Shown here: one piece after another, positions 1 to 23,155 of the stretch
Numbering within the stretch: position 1 is the stretch's first letter
How the letters are laid out: every line of letters begins with the position of its first letter
Assembly: GCF_009914755.1 (NCBI RefSeq)
Contig: NC_060935.1
Length of the DNA stretch: 64,000 nt
Reading direction: 5' to 3' (one strand)
Origin: the human T2T-CHM13v2.0 reference genome, Homo sapiens
The notes under the pieces: generated by a model
What the model was told of the DNA's origin: nothing
What the model saw: only the letters and a program-made list of their open reading frames with translations
Database searches by the model: none
Made by a program: the position numbers and the translations under genes

Positions 1-1695
1 CTTTCATAAAGGATTTCAACAATTTTTTTTTTAAGAAAAGCTAATAAGCCTTTGATTAGGTTCCAAATAAAATTGTTTTGCTTTTCGGTTAAGCCATTAT
101 GGATGTGGGGTATTTCTACATAAACAGAGAGGTCTGAAGATAAAGATAAAAGAAATGAGGCTGTGATAATGCTGGGACACTCCAGGCGTGTCTAGGGGCC
201 ACTCACATTGACCAGTTGTTTCAAGTGTGGACAGTGAGGCACATGATGGAGCTCTGGAAGCTCCAAGGCACAGGACTCCTCCAGATGATGTGAGTTTATG
301 CCACTGGGAAAAAACTCCAAAAAAGCCTTCAGAAACTGGGTGAGCAATGGCAGATACATTTCAGAGAAAGTCATGCTTCTGATATGAGGCTGAGCTATGT
401 GTTACAGTCTAAAACCTAGTGTGTAGCATGTCCTAAAGAAATGTTCCTGACTTGTCTCTGGCTGTCATCAAGGAAGATACTGTATAACCAGAAGAGAACT
501 GAACTAAGGTTTCAAGGCTTCAAAACCAACCAACCGGGTGAGAAAACACAGGATGACAGAAACAAGTCCAGCAGTGAAGCCCGTCGGGCAGGTCTGAGAC
601 GGTGACCTCCGCCTGCTTCTCCCTCTCCATGAGGTGTCCCTTTGCCCTGCCACTTCCCATGCAGAAATCTTCACACCAGGCAGTAATGCCTCCTACTTTC
701 CTTGTGCACAAAGGGCTGCAGAGACTATCAGCTCAGGTTTCCCATCAGGGTGTGGCACACCTTTCTTCATGCCTCCAAGGAGGCACGCAAGCAAATCTTT
801 CTTCATGTTCACCCAAGAAATGTGGACTTTTCCCTAATTCAATTAAGAACTTTTCATGTACCAAAAAACAAAGACCGATCCTCCCATCCCATTTGAGAGT
901 TTGTTAGCGATGCATCAGGGCCCCATCAGGTGCTTCAAAGGGGCTCCTGCCATTCACTCAGAACGAAGAAACATGAGGCTGAGACACTTGTTGGGGGTCC
1001 TAGCCCGACAATCCTACATGAAAATCCTTGAGAGTTCAAAAGGAACCAACATTCAGTGCGAGTTCTAAAGAATGATAAACCTTGATGTTTGCCTTTTTCT
1101 TTTTATAAAGAGTAGCAGCTGGTTGGCTGGTAAAATGTGAAGGTAATTTCACAAAGAAATCTGTCAGGAGTTCTCTGTTCTATCCTCACAAGATAGTAGG
1201 TGGGAACCTCAAAGCACCAGAGTGCAGCACGTGCCTGCAAAAAAACTGCACAAATCCTAAGCGTCCGACCTGAGAGCTGCTCTCAGAGGAAATGCCTCTG
1301 GCTCGAGGAGCAGAACTCCACTAACACCCAGAAGCTCCTGTGCCCTCTCCCCAGGATACCCACCATCCTCCCCAGGATCCACCCAGCCTCTGGTGGGCTG
1401 CAGAGGGCAGAGCAGCGCAGTTCGGAGCTCACCTGAGGCTGGTTTGCAGTCTTTCTGACTGTAAGACTCAGTCAGCTCCAGGGTGTGACCTTCCAGGGTT
1501 GCAAGGGAGACTGTGAGGTGCATCCTAGAGGTCCCTCTCCTTGGTGGATCTTCTACTCCAGTTCCTGTCTCCCCAGCAACTTGAAACTACTGAAAACCCC
1601 GCTCTTCTATCCCACTGTGTTTTGACTTGTTTTTTTGACCAGCACAGTCTGGTAAGCAAAGCCCTCGAGGAGAAACCAGTGCTGGACTTGAGGCT

Positions 1696-1798
1696 CACAT
1701 CCTCATCCCTTCCCAGCCTCGGATTCTGCCCCTCCTGTTCTAACTGCACGTCCCCATCCCTTCCTGGCCTCGGATTCTGCCCCTCCTGTTCTAACTGC
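1696..1798. repeat. 51-bp tandem duplication
   Basis: cac(a/g)tcc(t/c)catcccttcc..gcctcggattctgcccctcctgttctaactgc at 1696 and 1747. Confidence 0.9.
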
Positions 1799-1959
1799 CT
1801 TCACAGCCCTTCAGGCCCATCCTTTACCTCCTCCGCCCCAGGAGATCACCTGGAGCTCTGCAGGCTTCTCTGCCTCTCGGCAGCCCCTTCCGACCTTCAG
1901 TTCCTTAGGCATATGTCCCCTAACTAAAACTGTGTTGATTTTACTTCCAAATGGAATTT

Positions 1960-3258
<1,299 letters not shown>

Positions 3259-3607
3259 GGGGAAAAATTCTGACAGTACAGAATTGTTTGAAATAAAAAG
3301 TAAAAGTTACCCTCTCTCCCACCCCAACCCATTCCCTAGATATTGCCATTGCTGACGTTTTAGTGTCTGTCTTTCCACTGATCTATCATATATAAACACA
3401 ACACACATAAACTAGCTGTCTTTATATACAAATGTACTCATGGAGAAATGTAACCATACTTTTTTTTCCATTATCTTAAATATAGAAATATACTTTAACT
3501 TAACAGTATGCTGTGGACACCTTTTCAGACACTGAAAGTCTCTGCAGTAATCTCATTGCTTTCAACGTACAGATGTGCCAATCATTTATTTAAATACTCC
3601 CCTGATG

Positions 3608-5590
<1,983 letters not shown>

Positions 5591-7501
5591 TAAAAATCTA
5601 TTTTTATTTTGACAAAATATTACACTGTAATGGTTCACTCCTAGTGAGGTAATTTTTCCAGAGTTAGCTTAGTGTATACAGGAGAGGAGAAGGCTTAGGA
5701 TGGAATAGACTAACTGAAAGGAGTGAAACTGAAGAGACCTTTGTTCCCACTTCCTAAGTATGGCACTAGACTAAACTATAAGAAGAACATACTCCTCAAG
5801 GTAGCCTAGAGGAAAGCAACATGAACATTGCTATTGAATCAGATTCCGAAGTCCGCCATTATGTTCCCTCCTGTGACCACTGTCCTCTCACCGACTCTCT
5901 GCCATACCCACACCGGAGGGAACCCGACATGAATGCTGCCGGATCTCCCTTCAAATTCAGGACCACTGATCTCAAAGCAGCACTCAACACTGGCTCCCAC
6001 GCCCATTCTGCCTTGGAATGAACTTTGGATTCTTGTCTCCAAAAAGGACTACTCCTTTCCCTCCTCTTTCCCCCTAGGCTTCCCCTCCACCATCCTGACT
6101 CCAGCTGATGCCTCACGCTTCCCTGGGAAAAGAGAGCCCCTCAGGCAGGTATTCCCTCAGCTCCCACATCAGCACCCTGTCCTCACCGCACTCGCTCAGC
6201 GGAGGTGGCCTTCCCACTGGGTGGCTGGCACCAGGCCTTCTGGGACCCTCCAGGCCTTCTCTGCGCACCAGCTAGCATGTGCTAGAATCTATCTTTATTA
6301 GAATAAAAAACTGTGTACTTTTCTAGACTTATATTTCAACAAAATCTTTACATTAAACAAAACCTTCCCTTGAGCCCGCGTTCCTGCTCACCTACCTGCC
6401 ATCTGTCTGCTCTTCCCCACATGCACTGAGACTCTGCAGCACACACTGAAACTCTGCAGCGCGGCCTGCAGTCCAGCCCCACGGCCTCACTGTCCCCTCC
6501 CTGCCTCGGCCTCGGCCCACCCTACTCGGGCTTCTATCCCCACCACTCCCTGAGACGGCACATTCTAGAGTGTCTACTGCAAAATCCAGCGCTCCCCCAC
6601 AGCTCTCATCCTCCCTGACCTCACATGGCACTCACACCCTCTGCAAATCTCTTCCCTTCATTCCTGATACTACGCCTTCCTGATTTTTCTCCCATCTCCC
6701 TGGCAACACCTCTGCAACCTCTTCTGGTGGCTTGACCTCCACAGGTCGCGCTGCTGGGCTCTCTTGGGTCCTCTTTCTTGTTTTTGGCTTCAAACTCTCC
6801 TTCCGCTCATCCAGCCTTTAGGGTGGCAACAGCCATCTCCTCTGCGAGGATGCTTTCTCCGCCACTGTCCACCACCTACCTCCTTCTCATTATCCAGATC
6901 TCAGGGTCAATGCTACCTCCTCAGTAGGCTTTTTTGATCATCCTTTCTCATGGGATTCTGCTGTAATACTCTGCAAAGCATTTACCGTCAGTTAGGCGAG
7001 TTCAGTATGTGTGCACTACCTGTCCTCCTGCTGGAAGGCCGCTGCAGGAGCATCACCTCACTGGAGCTGATGAGGGAGTGTCCCCAGCACCTGCAACCAT
7101 GACCGGCCCAGGAGGCCATCTGGAATGAATATAGTGCAGTCTTCTGCTTAGGAGCTAATTTGTTACTTCCCAAAACCCTCTTAGGATGAACTCTCATGAA
7201 CAAAAAACAGTATTGCCATTAAAAATAATGGTATTTAACTGTTCCACAGCTAAGAAAGTGTGTGTGTGTGTGTACATACATATATATAGATATGTGTATA
7301 TATATCTCAATGTTTATAACTGAATTTTAATGAGCTGAAAAGAACAAACAACACTATGGGGGGAAAATGCAATTGATAGATGACATGATCTCGTACAATA
7401 CAACTGTCAAGGGACATGGAACTCAGCTGCTCCCAAGCCACACAAAATCAAAACCAGTCTTTGTGAATGCAAAGAACGCACTGTAAGTCAAATATGGTAT
7501 T

Positions 7502-7777
7502 GGGCAGGGCACAGTGGCTCATGCCTGTAACCCCAGCACTTTGGGAGGCCGAAGTGGGAGGACTGCTTGAGCTCAGGCGTTTGAGACCAGCCTGGTCAGT
7601 AGGGCAAGACCCTGTCTCTACAAAAAGTTAGCCAGGTGTGGTGGCATGCATCTGTAGTTCCAGCTACTCAGGAGGCTGAGGTAGGAGGATCACTTGAGCC
7701 TGGGAGGCAGTTTGCAGTGAGCCGAGATTGTGCCACTGCACTCCAGCCTGGGTGACAAAGACAAACCCTGTCCAAAA

Positions 7778-7838
<61 letters not shown>
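7502..7838 (+). mobile_element. AluJ-like element with an A-tail running into an (AT)n microsatellite
   Basis: Alu body, poly(A) 7774-7795, then about 17 AT units. Confidence 0.9.
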
Positions 7839-7839
<1 letters not shown>

Positions 7840-8138
7840 GTAATAAAAGAAATTCTTTAATAAGTCCAATTCTTATAACCCAAGGTATAGATCTTGAGGT
7901 TCATATGTAGTCTCTGAATATTTTCATATTCATGAGCTGTGGCCCTCCCATACCAATGCTGCAAGATTAGTCCCAGTGCTTCCGTTCTTAGTGTACACAG
8001 AGGTGTTGGGCTCGTGGTGGATTAACAGCAGGCTCATGGTGGTGTGGCAGAGTCTGGGGTGTGTGGTTCTGCAACCAGAATGTAGATCTCCTCCTCGCCC
8101 TGTGCCTCCAACCTGTATTAGTTAATGGAGGGGGCAGA

Positions 8139-8292
8139 GGCTTAGGATGGCAACAAGAATGGTTGGAAATCACACATAGTGCTCCCTTGTGTAGCAGGCT
8201 GTGGCAAGTCCTTATGGCTTAGGATGGCAACAAGAATGGTTGGAAATCACACATAGTGCTCCCTTGAGTAGCAGGCTGTGGCAAGTCCTTAT
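8139..8292. repeat. 77-bp tandem duplication
   Basis: ggcttaggatggcaacaagaat...gtggcaagtccttat at 8139-8215 and 8216-8292, with one mismatch. Confidence 0.95.
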
Positions 8293-9364
8293 GTCATAGC
8301 TGGGGCCTTAACATGACCTTCTAGCAGCCTGCTACTGACCAGACTTGCTCCTCCCCACCTCTAACGCTGTTGTGTGAATTTCGTTTGCTTTGGGTTTTTT
8401 TTCGAGACAGGGTCTCACTCTGTCGCCCAGGCTGGAGTGCAGTGACACAGTCTTGGCTCACTTTCAAACTCTGCCTCCCAGGTTCAAGCAATTGAACCTC
8501 AGAAACACGAGTAGCTGGGACTACAGGCGTGCAGCACCATGGCCGGCTAATTTTTTTGTATTTTTAGTAGAAACGGGATTTTGCCATGTTGGCCAGGCTG
8601 GTCTCGAACTCCTGGGCTCAAGCGATCCACCTGCCTAGGTCTCCCAAAGTGCGTGAGCCACTGCACCAAGTCTGCTGCATGACTTTGCGTGGAGGGCAAC
8701 AGATCTCTAGGGTCGGGGGCCTGGATTGAGACTCCTCAACTGCCAGCTCCAGCTCCATGACCCAGGTGAGGGAAGTTACTTTTCAAGGCATCAAGACTTC
8801 ATCTATAACATGGTTACAGCAGGACCAATAGTTCCAATTCCCTAAGGTAGAACTATGAAATAAATGAAGTACACTGTGCAAATGAAAACCCACACCTGGC
8901 CCATAGGAACACTCAACAGTGCTCATTGTTGTGGTTTTTGTATTTATTAATATATACTTATTAATTCTCCCTATCAATTCATGTTCATTCCCAGGGTTAA
9001 AAGGAATAAGAATAGCCAAATGAAAATAAGCACCTCAAGTTCTTGTCTGCTATTGTGCAGTCAAAATATACCTGAAATTCAAATCACACAGATTATAAAC
9101 TCTCCACTAATAGGGAAGGTTTGTCCAGCTAAGAAAAATTACAGCATATTGTAGCTTCAGAATAATACTTTTATTGGCCTCAATTTCAGCAAAATATTGA
9201 TCTATATCCTTTATTGTTTGGAGAGCTTCAAACAATAAAGGCAACAGCTTTCCTGCCATGTCAACAAACCACACAAAACTGCCTTTATTAATGATACTCT
9301 GGTTTCTATTATGCTTATTTTTGTAGTGCCTTTTCATCTTTTCAATTTCATTCAAAATTCTGAT

Positions 9365-10595
<1,231 letters not shown>

Positions 10596-10597
10596 AG

Positions 10598-13990
<3,393 letters not shown>

Positions 13991-14989
13991 CTATGTGATT
14001 AGCATTTTCTTCCGCAGGAGACACAAAATAGAAGCATTCCTGTTTAGAAATCTTAGCCATAACTATTCTTTGTAAACGCTTAACCAGACCATTTCACTCA
14101 GGTGTACCTACAACATGTTAGCTTCATTTGCAAATTCCCTGAAGGAATTAAAGACCACAAAAATAGAATCCTTTAACAGATGCAGCTCTTTATTTTAAAA
14201 ATCAGTATAATCATAGTCCACCTGATTCGAAATGCATTCTGTGGAAATTCAATGTTACTTAAGTAAACAGCTAGTGGAACAGTAATAATTATAGCTACAG
14301 GCATTTATGGAGCACCTATCCCGTGCCAGGCACTGTCAGATGTCCTTTAAATACCTGATCTCAATTAACCCTCACCACAACCAAGAATGATTAATTCTCC
14401 AAGGTCACAGTGCTGATAAGAGGAATTTAAGCCCAGATTCCTTTTACTACAAAGCTTGAAGCTCTTTCCCCTGTTTGCCACAACAGCTTTCATCCTAGGC
14501 AAAGTGGCCAGGACCCGAGCATGGTTTCCACCTGCTGTTGTAGCCGTGCTCTCCCACCAGATGACGCAATCACCAGGTTAGACTTGATCTCGAGGGAACC
14601 AGAGGAGGTTGTAATTCACTACACCCACAAACAGATTTAACTGAGCATATTACTCAACAGCCAGAGTTGAGGTAACTACAAAGCTGTGATGAAGGGCTCC
14701 CATTGTAAAAATTCAAATAATTTTTTAAAACACAAGAATACTTATTAAATGCCTATTCTGTTTCCAGCATTCTTTTAGGAACTGAAGAAGACATTGGATG
14801 GACTATATAAACATTCAGCACAGAAGGAAAATATAAATAACATTTATTCACCATTGTTCTAGAAACAAAGCTACCTGTGTGTTCAGAACACAACACAGCA
14901 GTCCTGAAATAGTAATTGAATCAGTATTATGAAAATAAATTACTCCAAATACTTTTTCTAGTTCTCTCAGGCACATGCATTTCTCTAAT

Positions 14990-16070
<1,081 letters not shown>

Positions 16071-16657
16071 CATTTAAAACCATGAATCTGAAAAAAATAT
16101 ATTTTGTAAATGATGTATAAGTTTTTGGTGAGATACCTAGAGCTTGGGATAAGTATATATAAGTATGAAAATAAACTGGGGCTGGGTGCAGTGGCTCACA
16201 CCTGTAATCCCAGCACTTTGGGAGGCCGAGGCGGGTGGTCAGGAGTTCGAGACCAGCCTAGTCTTGAGACCTGAGGTCAGGAGTTCGAGACCAGCCTGGC
16301 CAACATGGCAAAACCCCATCTCTACTAAAAAAAAAGTACAAAAATTAGCCAGGCGTGGTGGTGGGTGCCTGTAATCCCAGCTACTCAGGAGGCTGGGGCA
16401 GGGAGAATTGCTTGAACCCAGAAGGCAGAGGTTGCAGTGAGCCGAGATCGCACCACTGCACTCCAGCCTAGGTGACACAGCGCAACTCTGCCTCAAAAAA
16501 AAAAAAAAAAAAGAAACGAAACTGGTGGTGGTGGTTTGCACCTGTAACCCCAGCTACTCGGTTGGCTGAGACAGGAGGATGGCTTGAACCCAGGAGTTAG
16601 AGACCAGCCTTGGCAACACAGTGAGACACTGTCTCTAAAAAAATTAAAAAATATTAA

Positions 16658-16918
<261 letters not shown>

Positions 16919-17623
16919 TGATCCGCCTGCCTCGGCCTCCCAAAGTGCTGGGATTACAGGCGTGAGCCACTGCGCCTGGCCAACATAAACTTTCTTAAAA
17001 TGTATAAATGAAACAAAGTTCATCAAAGTCCAATTACTATGACATAATTTCATTTTAATTCCAGAATTACTGTTTTGTAGTAATGTAACATCTCACACTT
17101 CCACAGTACTAAAGTAGTTGAGAGAACTTGCATGTCACATAAAGTGGTGTCCAAATATTACCATTCATGGGTCCTTATATTTATCCAGTGATAAAGTACT
17201 TACACAGTCCGGAATAATTTTCAATTCATCAACTTCAAGAGAAAAAGAATGAAGGAGAAGATGAATACATGATGGAAGAGACTGAAACCTTATTAATATA
17301 CATCCCCTGCCTGGGGCTGAGGATACAGACCCTTTTCTCCCATGCGCTCTGACCCCTCTCCCATACTTGCATAATTCCCTGACCCTCTACCTACTTTCTC
17401 TCCTTTGCAAAATTGGACACGGTTCTGTCAATATTCTGTGTTGAAGACTAAACGTAAACAAGTGTCTCAGAGAGGACAGTTAAAAAGTCAAACAAAGAGC
17501 AATAATTAGTTAAAGGAATGATAGCTAGTCCCTATTAGAAGGACATTCTATTAAGACTGCCTGTAATCATGGTTTGTGGAAAGACTGAAAATAACCCCCA
17601 ATAAATTGGCCTCAAAATCTTCA

Positions 17624-18052
<429 letters not shown>

Positions 18053-18339
18053 TTATCCCTCAAAACATTTTAGAATCCAGTAAGTAAAAGGCACTCATTT
18101 ATACTGCATTCTACGTGAGGGGGCTAAAAATCACCTGTAGCTTCCAGAAATTTAGAATCTGTTTGGGAAGCAAGAAATAAGCACAAATAATTGGAGTACA
18201 ATACAACGTAAGCACTGAATGTTACTGTTATAAAGCAGTACAAAATCCTGCAGGACCTTCAGAGACAAAAAGGATTACTTTCAAATGAGATGGTCTTGAC
18301 ACTTCAACAAGGGCGGTGTGGGTTCAGCTTGCTCTGGTA

Positions 18340-18630
18340 CAGGGGATGGCGAGCCACAGCCCGCAGGCGGCAGACACCTGTTTTTGTGCAGCCTGTGAGC
18401 TAAGAACGGTTGTTACATTTTAAAATATTTGAAAAGACTCAAAAGAAGACTATTTCCTGACACAGGAAAGTTATATTAATTGAAATTCCAAGGTCCAAAA
18501 TAGTTTGTTGGAACACAGCCACGCTCTCACACTCCACAGCAGAGGGGAACCGTTTTGACAGAGACCATATGGCCCACAAAGCCAACAACATTTACTACCT
18601 GGTCCTTTAAAAAGTTTTCCAGCCACTGCT
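18340..18630. mobile_element. MER58-like hAT-Charlie element
   Basis: Motif acagagaccatatggcccacaaagccaacaacatttactacctggtccttta. Confidence 0.75.
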
Positions 18631-19185
18631 CAAGAAGGATGGATAGGATTCTGGCGGGCAGAACTAGGAGAGGAGGGGAAGGAGAGCAGAGAGGAAGAAA
18701 CATTCCACTTGGGAAACGAAGGTGTGACAGCAGAGAGAGAAAATCCCGAATATTTAAGGAACAGTGGGAAGACCAGTTTGACCGAAGTGGCGGTTCCAAA
18801 AGAGATAAACAAGTTTTGAACCATTTAGAACTGTGTGCTTTGTTATTGAGCCATTTATACAATTGTGGTGAGTGATTAACAGGCATCCTCACTTGGAATC
18901 TATGAGGTTGATTACTGTTATTATCCCTAGTAATAATTAAGAAACTAGTTGAAAGAGTTGATAAGAAAACCAAGGCTTACAGAAGTAACTTGCCCAAGAT
19001 CACAGCCAGCAAGCTGAGCACAGCAGTGAACCTCTTTGCCCCTGAGGCAACGCTGTGAATACTACACCATATAAAATCTCCACACAGGGCAGTAAAAGGA
19101 AAGGCATCAATAAAGGCAGCTTAGGGCAAAACTGTCAACGGTGCAAACGTGGAAGTAAAAAAATATGGATTTTACGTGTAGGTTA

Positions 19186-19539
<354 letters not shown>

Positions 19540-20024
19540 TCACGAGCTGGTCCAAACGGTTCCTTCCACCTTTAGAATCAAAGTATTGTGGTCTTTTTCT
19601 AAATCACAGGAGAAAAAAATGTAAGTTCAATGTTCTCAATTTCAGGTTTCTCTTAAACATTTGAAAAATGGTAAATTCTAAAAATCAATGTATTGAATAA
19701 CAGACCAAGTTTGGGAAAATTTAGCTGATTATGCTTAGCTCAACTTTTTTTAATGGATTATGTGCTTACCAATGTCATTTTATTCTTTTAAGTTCAAATG
19801 ATCCATTGAATACATTAATTCAGTAACAGTTAACTCAATTATCTGGAAGTGGTTTTGAGATTAAGATATTCTTCAAAATAATAATCATGCTTTTGTGAGA
19901 GCTATCATAAGCACTAAAAAAACAGACATCTACATATTAGCAGTATCTTTTCATTCAAATTATAGAAACCAAAAAATATTACATCTTAATGCCACCTGGG
20001 AACACCCTACCCCTAGCTGACTAA

Positions 20025-20315
20025 GGCTGCACTTTTCAAAGAAATATGCAAGCCACATACATAATTTAAAATGTTCTAGTATACATAGTTTAAAAGTAGA
20101 AACAGGTGAAATTAATTATAATAGTATATTGCATTTTACCCAGTCTATTCAACATATTGTCATTTCAACATTTAATCAATATTTTATAAATTGAAAGATA
20201 TTATTTTTTTCTACTAAATCTCAAAATCTGAGTGTATGTATTTCACACTTCACAGCACTGGCCATATTTCAAGTGCTCAAAACCACAGGTGGCTACTAGA
20301 CAGGACAGCACAGGT
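20025..20315. mobile_element. MER33/MER3-like hAT-Charlie element
   Basis: Motifs gcaagccacatacataatttaaaatgttctag and gccatatttcaagtgctcaa. Confidence 0.7.
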
Positions 20316-21927
20316 CTAAGGGATCTGATTTCTAGAAATCACAGCAGGAAAGAAGCTGTGGAGTACAACTTTACCATCAGTGAAAGTGAAGGACATGGGT
20401 TAAAAAAAAGGGGGGGGAGGAGGAGGAGCATTTGACTCCAATATTCTCCTGTTTGCAATAAACGAGAGTTTAACTAAAAAATGAATAGCAAACTACAGCC
20501 TATGTTAGCAGACAGTAACCTTTTAGCAATCCATATAAGGTTCTAAACTATTGTGCACTATTGATTTTATAATTGTTTTCACCACATTTTAACTAGTCTT
20601 GCTGTAACTATACTTAGGGTTACCCATACCTTCCCTCTTTCCACTCCACTTCCTCACCCGCTCCCCATTCCCTAAACTATTTCAAGTTACAGAAGAAGAA
20701 TCTACCTTCAGGTGCTTTCTACAACACAAATTTAAAATCTACACAAGGATGGTCAATGGAAAGGCACAGAAAAATTTTGGAAGGTGGACAGAAATGGCCA
20801 GAGTGCTCCACACAAGTCTTGAAATGGTGAAATGGTGTAATAACTTTTTTTTTTTTTTTTTTTGGAGACAGGGTCTCACTCTGGTTGCCCAGGCTGGAGT
20901 GCAGTGGCGTGATCTCGGCTCACTGCAGCCGCTACTTCCGGGGCTCAGGTGATTCTCCCACCTCATCCTCCTGAGTAGCTGAGACTACAGCTGTGGGCCA
21001 CCACACCTGGCTAACTTTTTTGTTTTTAGTAGAGGCAGAGTTTTGCTATGTTGGCCAGACTGTTCTCGAACTCCTGGACTCAAGCAATCTGCCTGCCTTG
21101 GCCTCCCAGAGTACTGGGATTACAGGTGTGAGCCACCACACCCGGCTGTGTTATAACATTAAGAATAAAAAAGAAAAGAGGCCAGATATTCCTAAGCAGT
21201 GATTCAACTAAACCACGTGAACAGTTTAATGCTAGAACAGCGAAGAGATAAGTGTCACCAATGAGGGCCAAAATAAGTCACGAAAAGTTCCCCTCTCACC
21301 CTCCTGCCTCTACCTATCCCCCAGGAGAATTTGAGTGGGATCATTCTCCAAAGATTTGGTTGTAGCAAACATTTCTTTTTGGCTCTTTCTAGACACCAGA
21401 TCGAATTCTCCTTCATTAATCTATTAAAGTACCTATAATAAGTTAAAATGGTAGACAATAAATTCTGCTTGTGAAAAACAAATTGCTGGACTGGGTGTGG
21501 CTACACTATCTGGGGTGGGATGTGATGGGAGAAGACTATGTATTTTAGTGGCAATAGGTCAAAGTACATCAGTGTTCAAGTTTAAAACAAACTGAACAAC
21601 TCAAACACTGCAACAACAGGATGTTTAACAGTTTCTTTTTACCAGATATAATTACGCGGTTACGAGGTGTTTACCAGTGCTTAAAATGAAAAATTGAGGA
21701 AACCAAAATTATAGCTCAGTACTTCTCAGCCCTTTGATGAATTATGTTTGTTATCCAGAAGCCTATCCCTATCAATTAGATTACGCTTTTAAAAAGTTAC
21801 AAGAAATCAAAATATTATAATTCTTTTAGTTCGGCGGACTTCATGATGCCCCCTTCAAATAATGGAAGTAATGAAAGTGCCCAATCATCAGCAAAGTCTT
21901 TAGACACCTATTTACGTCTTGTTTTAA

Positions 21928-22349
<422 letters not shown>

Positions 22350-22826
22350 TGAGCCACAGCGCCCGGCTTAAATTTTATGTTTTCTCCAATGATCACGCAT
22401 TATTCTTAAAACTAGAAGGAAAAACAAAACAGGCAAGCAGAAACTTAGGTAGTGCCAATCAATTTGGGATTATATTGAGTTGTGCTATCCTTTATACCTC
22501 TATAACCTCTAAGTAAAAACCATTCAGAGCCCTTGAAGACAGGAACCTTGCTTTTTCTAAAATATATACTCAATTACATTGACATACAATATATGATTAA
22601 TATGTGGTGGAGCATGCTACAAAATATTAGAAAAACTAAAAATGAATTCTTTGAAAAAGCAAAACAATTTTGCCTTGCAAAACGAGGAACAGCATAGCAG
22701 AGTGGGAGCTTACGGGGTAGAAGGCACAAGACATTTGTCTTGATCCAAAACAAACAAAAATGTAATCCTTTCACTAAACGTCCCTGTTCACTTTAAAATG
22801 GTTCATTCTGTGTCAACTTCACCTCA

Positions 22827-23155
<329 letters not shown>

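Noticed and set aside
192-1927. ORFs in the first 2 kb as possible coding exons of the minus-strand gene
   Set aside because: No PR/SET or zinc-finger similarity and no convincing splice-bounded frame.
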